Assembly: GCA_964354335.1 (NCBI GenBank)
Contig: CAYGZJ010000001.1
Location: 1-38,580 of the forward strand
Direction of reading: 5' to 3'
Source: an uncultured Planctomycetales bacterium
GTDB lineage: Bacteria > Omnitrophota > Gorgyraeia > Gygaellales > Profunditerraquicolaceae
DNA: 38,580 nucleotides
The notes below the pieces were generated by a model that made no database searches, had not been told where the DNA came from, and worked only from the letters and a program-made list of their open reading frames with translations. A program made the translations under genes and the position numbers. Shown one piece after another: positions 35,197 to 38,580 of the stretch (position 1 is its first letter; every line of letters begins with the position of its first letter).

Positions 35197-35589
35197 TTAA
35201 AAAGGCATGAAGTCCAGCGGCCGGGTGGAATTCCTACTCTGCATAGCCTCGGCCATTTTAGCCTGTAGACGCTTGATCACATGGATCACTATATCTTTAT
35301 TCGTATCCACAAACTCAACACCCACGGTATAAAATGTCGAACGCTGCGATTGCGGGACATTGACATATTTGATCCTTCCTGTCCCTTGCAGCGGCCGTTC
35401 CAGAATAGGCGCCGTCAACTCAAATTCAACGATTGTCTCCGGCTCGATTTTTTCCGCGGCAAACATGCCAAAACCCACAAAGCTGATATTATCCAGAAAC
35501 GCTTTGAAGGCAACCGGAGAGCCGTTCTGGCTGATAATGCGGATATCTCCGTCGACCTTCAACCGGTCATAGCCTCTTCTTTCCTGCAC
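35197..35589 (-). CDS. PilZ-domain (c-di-GMP-binding type) protein
   Basis: It has RRGYDR (RRxxxR) and DNISFVG (D/NxSxxG). I place the start at the GTG at 35589, which has GAAGGAGA 6 nt upstream. The ORF-track ATG at 35664 would overlap the upstream gene by 62 nt. Confidence 0.75.
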   Translation of the reverse strand: MQERRGYDRLKVDGDIRIISQNGSPVAFKAFLDNISFVGFGMFAAEKIEPETIVEFELTAPILERPLQGTGRIKYVNVPQSQRSTFYTVGVEFVDTNKDIVIHVIKRLQAKMAEAMQSRNSTRPLDFMPF

Positions 35590-35602
35590 GGATAATCTCC
35601 TT

Positions 35603-36052
35603 CTATAGCCCCTGCATCGCGTTAATAACTTTTTGTGACACTCCCTGCTCTTTAAGGTAATCAAGGTCTGCCTGCGTCAGGGTGAACTTGGAATTGCTCA
35701 GGCGGATCTTATCGACAATGACGTCTTCATGAACTCCCTGCTTAGCAAGATCTACGATCTGCTGCATGGACATCTGGCTTGGGTTAACCCCGCCCTGCGT
35801 TCCCTGTCCTGCATTTTTGTTCTTATTCATTTGTCCGCCAATAAGCCCACCGGCAAGAGCGCCGGTAACCGCCCCAATAGCAGCGCCTTCGGCGCCATGA
35901 TGCCCGGTTGCGGTACCGATACCATATCCGGCTCCTGCGCCCAATACGCCGCCGATTATAGCTCCCTCTGTCGCGCGTGTCTGCGTGTTCTGGCAGCCAA
36001 CTGTCAATAAGCCGATTGCCGCGATAATAATTATGACTAATAATTTCTTCAT
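35603..36052 (-). CDS. Glycine-zipper lipoprotein with a C-terminal tandem helical motif
   Basis: 149 aa with lipobox LTVGC and GAIIGGVLGAGAGYGIGTATG...GALAGGLIGG. The C-terminus holds two ~25-aa repeats (QQIVDLAKQGVHEDVIVDKI / DLDYLKEQGVSQKVINAM). Confidence 0.6.
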   Translation of the reverse strand: MKKLLVIIIIAAIGLLTVGCQNTQTRATEGAIIGGVLGAGAGYGIGTATGHHGAEGAAIGAVTGALAGGLIGGQMNKNKNAGQGTQGGVNPSQMSMQQIVDLAKQGVHEDVIVDKIRLSNSKFTLTQADLDYLKEQGVSQKVINAMQGL

Positions 36053-37377
36053 CTGCTGTCTCCTTTCAGCTTCTCCATCCGCTGTTTGATTTTAGACTCA
36101 TGGCCGATATCTGTCGGCTCATAATAACGGACTTTCTTTCGCGTATATTTTTGATCCACGTAATGGCCTTCAAAATCATGGGCATACTTATAACCTTTGC
36201 CGTGGCCCAGGCCGTCTCCATCAGCAGTTTTGTCTTTTAAATGATCCGGCACTTCCTGTACCCTCTTATTTTCGATATCCGAGAGGGCTTTGTCAATAGC
36301 TAAATAGCTGGCATTGGATTTGGGCGCGCAGGAGACATAAATACATGCCTGGGCCAGAGGAATACGCGCCTCGGGCATTCCTACGAATTCCGAAATCTGC
36401 AATGCCGCGTTTGCCAGGACTAGCGCTAAAGGATCGGCATTACCGACATCCTCCGCTGCAAGGATACAGATGCGCCGGGCGATAAAACGCGGGTCCTCAC
36501 CGGCATAAAGCATTTTTGCCATCCAGTATATCGCCGCATCGGGATCTGACCCGCGCATGGACTTGATGAACGCCGAGGCAGTGTCGTAATGCGCGTCTTC
36601 ATCGTGATCATAGACCACCGCTTTTTTCTGAATGGACTCTTCTGCTACCGCGAGAGTAAAATCAATAAATCCTTCTTTTGTCTTTGGCGTAGTAAGCGAT
36701 CCGACCTCAAGTGCGTTTAGAGCCCGGCGCGCATCGCCTTCGCAAGTTTTTGCCAAAAACATCAGCGCCTTTTTATCGATCTTTATCTTAAGCTCTCCTA
36801 GCCCGCGCGTTTTTTCCTTTAACGCGGCGCCCAGGATCTCGGCGATTTCGCTATCTTTAAGCGCTTTTAATTCGCAGACTACTGAGCGCGAAACAAGCGG
36901 GGCAGCAATGGAAAAATATGGGTTATGGACTGTGGCGCCGATTAAAATAGGATTGCCTTCTTCGATGTCCGGCAAAAGCACATCCTGCTGGGCTTTATTA
37001 AAACGGTGGATCTCGTCGATAAAAAGGATGGTTTTTGTGCCGGCATTGGCCTTGCGCTGCTTGGCTCCGGAAATCGCGCGGCGCAATTCTTCTACATTGG
37101 AAGTGGTGGCGTTTATAGAAACATAGTAGGCTTTGGTGACATGGGCGATGCACCAGGCAAGGGAGGTCTTGCCGCATCCTGGAGGGCCGTAAAGAATAAG
37201 AGAGCTTAAGCGATCCGCCTCAATAGCCCGGCGCAAGAGTTTACCCTGGCCTAAAATATGCTCCTGGCCGATAAACTCATCAAGCGCCGCCGGCCGCATG
37301 CGCACGGCCAAAGGCAGATTTTTCAAGTCTTTTGGCTTTTCTGTTTCGAATAAATCCACTGAGGAAAGCGCTTTCAT
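36049..37377 (-). CDS. rarA: Replication-associated recombination protein A (AAA+ ATPase)
   Basis: 442 aa with Walker A GPPGCGKTSLA, DEIHRFNKAQQD, and the MgsA C-terminal region (YDTASAFIKSMRGSDPDAAIYW). Confidence 0.9.
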   Translation of the reverse strand: MKALSSVDLFETEKPKDLKNLPLAVRMRPAALDEFIGQEHILGQGKLLRRAIEADRLSSLILYGPPGCGKTSLAWCIAHVTKAYYVSINATTSNVEELRRAISGAKQRKANAGTKTILFIDEIHRFNKAQQDVLLPDIEEGNPILIGATVHNPYFSIAAPLVSRSVVCELKALKDSEIAEILGAALKEKTRGLGELKIKIDKKALMFLAKTCEGDARRALNALEVGSLTTPKTKEGFIDFTLAVAEESIQKKAVVYDHDEDAHYDTASAFIKSMRGSDPDAAIYWMAKMLYAGEDPRFIARRICILAAEDVGNADPLALVLANAALQISEFVGMPEARIPLAQACIYVSCAPKSNASYLAIDKALSDIENKRVQEVPDHLKDKTADGDGLGHGKGYKYAHDFEGHYVDQKYTRKKVRYYEPTDIGHESKIKQRMEKLKGDSR

Positions 37378-37431
37378 TTTACCTTAAAAATTTAGCCCCT
37401 CGGCTGAAGGGCTTTTACCCCTCGCCTAAGC

Positions 37432-37462
37432 GCCTCAAAAATCTCTTCGATATTTTTGAGGC
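37432..37462. other. Perfect 11-bp hairpin in the pheT-rarA spacer
   Basis: gcctcaaaaat (37432-37442) pairs with atttttgaggc (37452-37462) across a 9-nt loop. No adjacent U-tract is present on either strand. Function is unknown. Confidence 0.4.
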
Positions 37463-37740
37463 AGGCTTCGGGGTATTTTACATACTCTGGCTACTGCGGG
37501 TAAAATAAAAATCCCCGCATTGTGCCGTTGGATAGACAGTCTGAACCGATTTGGTTTCAGGTGGGTGCCGCTCTTGAATGCCTAAGCGCTCAAGAAGTTG
37601 AGGCCCCCAGATAGTTAGTGTTGGTTCAACAATTATCAAATTTCCAACGCGCACCGCAGGGATTTTTAAAAGAGCTTTGTCTTGCGAAAGAAGTATACCA
37701 TATATATAAAAGGAAATCAACCCGCTTATTTTTCAAGCAC

Positions 37741-38580
37741 TTAGCGCATTTTCGCGCCAAAGCGCTCAGCCAAGAGCTGACAAAGCTTTGCGTGCAAGGG
37801 GGATACTTCCGCTTCAGTCAGCGTGCGCTCATCCGAACGGTATACACAGCTTATGGTCAGGCCACGGAAGCCAACGGGGATCTGCTTACCTTTATAATAG
37901 TCCGCGATTTTGACCTGCCGCAACAATGATCCTGCCTCCTGACGCATGTCCTTCAGGATCTCCTGTGCCGAAATCTCCTCTTTTAAGATAAAGCTGATAT
38001 CCCGGGTTATCTCCGGATACTTGGGAGGGGCGCTAAACTTACGGTTAAGGCGGACATGGTTAAATAAAAGATCCAAAGAAACTTCGGCAACAAAAACTTC
38101 TCTGTTTTTAATGTCGCTTCCGGCCAGGGCCTCTTTGCCCAGGCGTGTAAGCGATCCGACCCTGATGTTGTTGGCCGATATCTCGACGGAAAAAGCATCT
38201 AAAGCAATAAAATCGTATGCGGCGATCCCCAGGCGGTCAAAAAGAACAGCCAGTATCCCTTTGGCCTGCAGGAAGCCCGCCTCCTCCCTGGTCAGGCCCT
38301 GTTCTGACAGGAATGATCTTGTTCCGCTTAATGCCAGGCCAAGGGTAAGCTCTTCTTTTGGCGGATTAGCCACCGGGACAAAACGCGCAGCTATCTCAAA
38401 GATGTTTACATACTCCTGCTTCTGATTGAAATTATAGGAAATGCAACGGGCAAGGCTCGGGGCAAGGCTAAAACGCAACACTTCCTGCTCTTTACTTAAA
38501 GGGTTGAGGATCTCTACGGCCCGGATATTGTGCTCAACAGGAAAACCTTGCCACGAATTAATATCTACCAGGCTGTAGGT
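37741..38580 (-). CDS. pheT: Phenylalanyl-tRNA synthetase beta subunit, C-terminal part (5' end outside the window)
   Basis: The frame stays open to the window edge (..YSLVDINSWQGFPVEHNIRAVEILNPLSKEQEVLRFSLAPSL..). A C-terminal FDX-ACB-like domain is present (ISFILKEEISAQEI...GLTISCVYRSDERTLTEAEV). Confidence 0.85.
   Translation of the reverse strand, partial: TYSLVDINSWQGFPVEHNIRAVEILNPLSKEQEVLRFSLAPSLARCISYNFNQKQEYVNIFEIAARFVPVANPPKEELTLGLALSGTRSFLSEQGLTREEAGFLQAKGILAVLFDRLGIAAYDFIALDAFSVEISANNIRVGSLTRLGKEALAGSDIKNREVFVAEVSLDLLFNHVRLNRKFSAPPKYPEITRDISFILKEEISAQEILKDMRQEAGSLLRQVKIADYYKGKQIPVGFRGLTISCVYRSDERTLTEAEVSPLHAKLCQLLAERFGAKMR

Noticed and set aside
35590-35664. N-terminal 25 codons of the PilZ ORF as given in the ORF track (ATG at 35664)
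   Set aside because: This start would overlap the upstream lipoprotein gene by 62 nt. A GTG at 35589 preceded by GAAGGAGA starts right before the RRxxxR motif.
37478-37720. 80-aa minus-strand ORF in the pheT-rarA spacer, and the 37618-37929 plus-strand ORF
   Set aside because: Neither has an SD or a recognisable motif. Both run through hairpin-rich sequence, and the plus-strand one overlaps pheT antisense.

Overview
This 38.6-kb window looks like an uncultivated diderm bacterium, judging by RND/TolC efflux genes, lipoproteins and an RNase Y-YmdB pair. I call 37 CDS, 36 of them on the minus strand, plus one tRNA-Gln.

Most of the window is housekeeping: pheT (partial), rarA, gltX, a four-subunit 2-oxoacid:ferredoxin oxidoreductase, dxs, xseAB, rny-ymdB, NifU/IscU-like, MTHFS and an RND efflux triad.

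Five things stand out:
1. A six-gene group-4-hydrogenase-like operon (228-7200). Its large subunit has lost all NiFe cysteine ligands, while the small subunit keeps its [4Fe-4S] cysteines. This is the 'Ehr' type, whose function is unknown. The operon is bracketed by a ~56-105 bp direct repeat and lies beside a tRNA-Gln gene and a small GIY-YIG gene.
2. A full-length canonical EF-G carrying a 332-aa N-terminal extension (TM helix, coiled coil, acidic Pro/Glu/Gln linker). It sits immediately downstream of a PilZ gene.
3. A ~230-nt unit bounded by a promoter and a terminator and built from the 5' half of the tRNA-Gln, split by a 93-nt insert. It is driven from a bidirectional promoter with a shared palindromic -35.
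4. Two families of ~105-180 bp AT-rich palindromic intergenic elements, five A copies and two B copies. All abut start codons inside co-directional operons. Some donate coding sequence, including a whole signal peptide, stop codons and an internal insert.
5. An operon of five small uncharacterised envelope proteins, one with a 21-bp tandem repeat.

All motif alignments were done by eye. No database searches or numerical computations were run.
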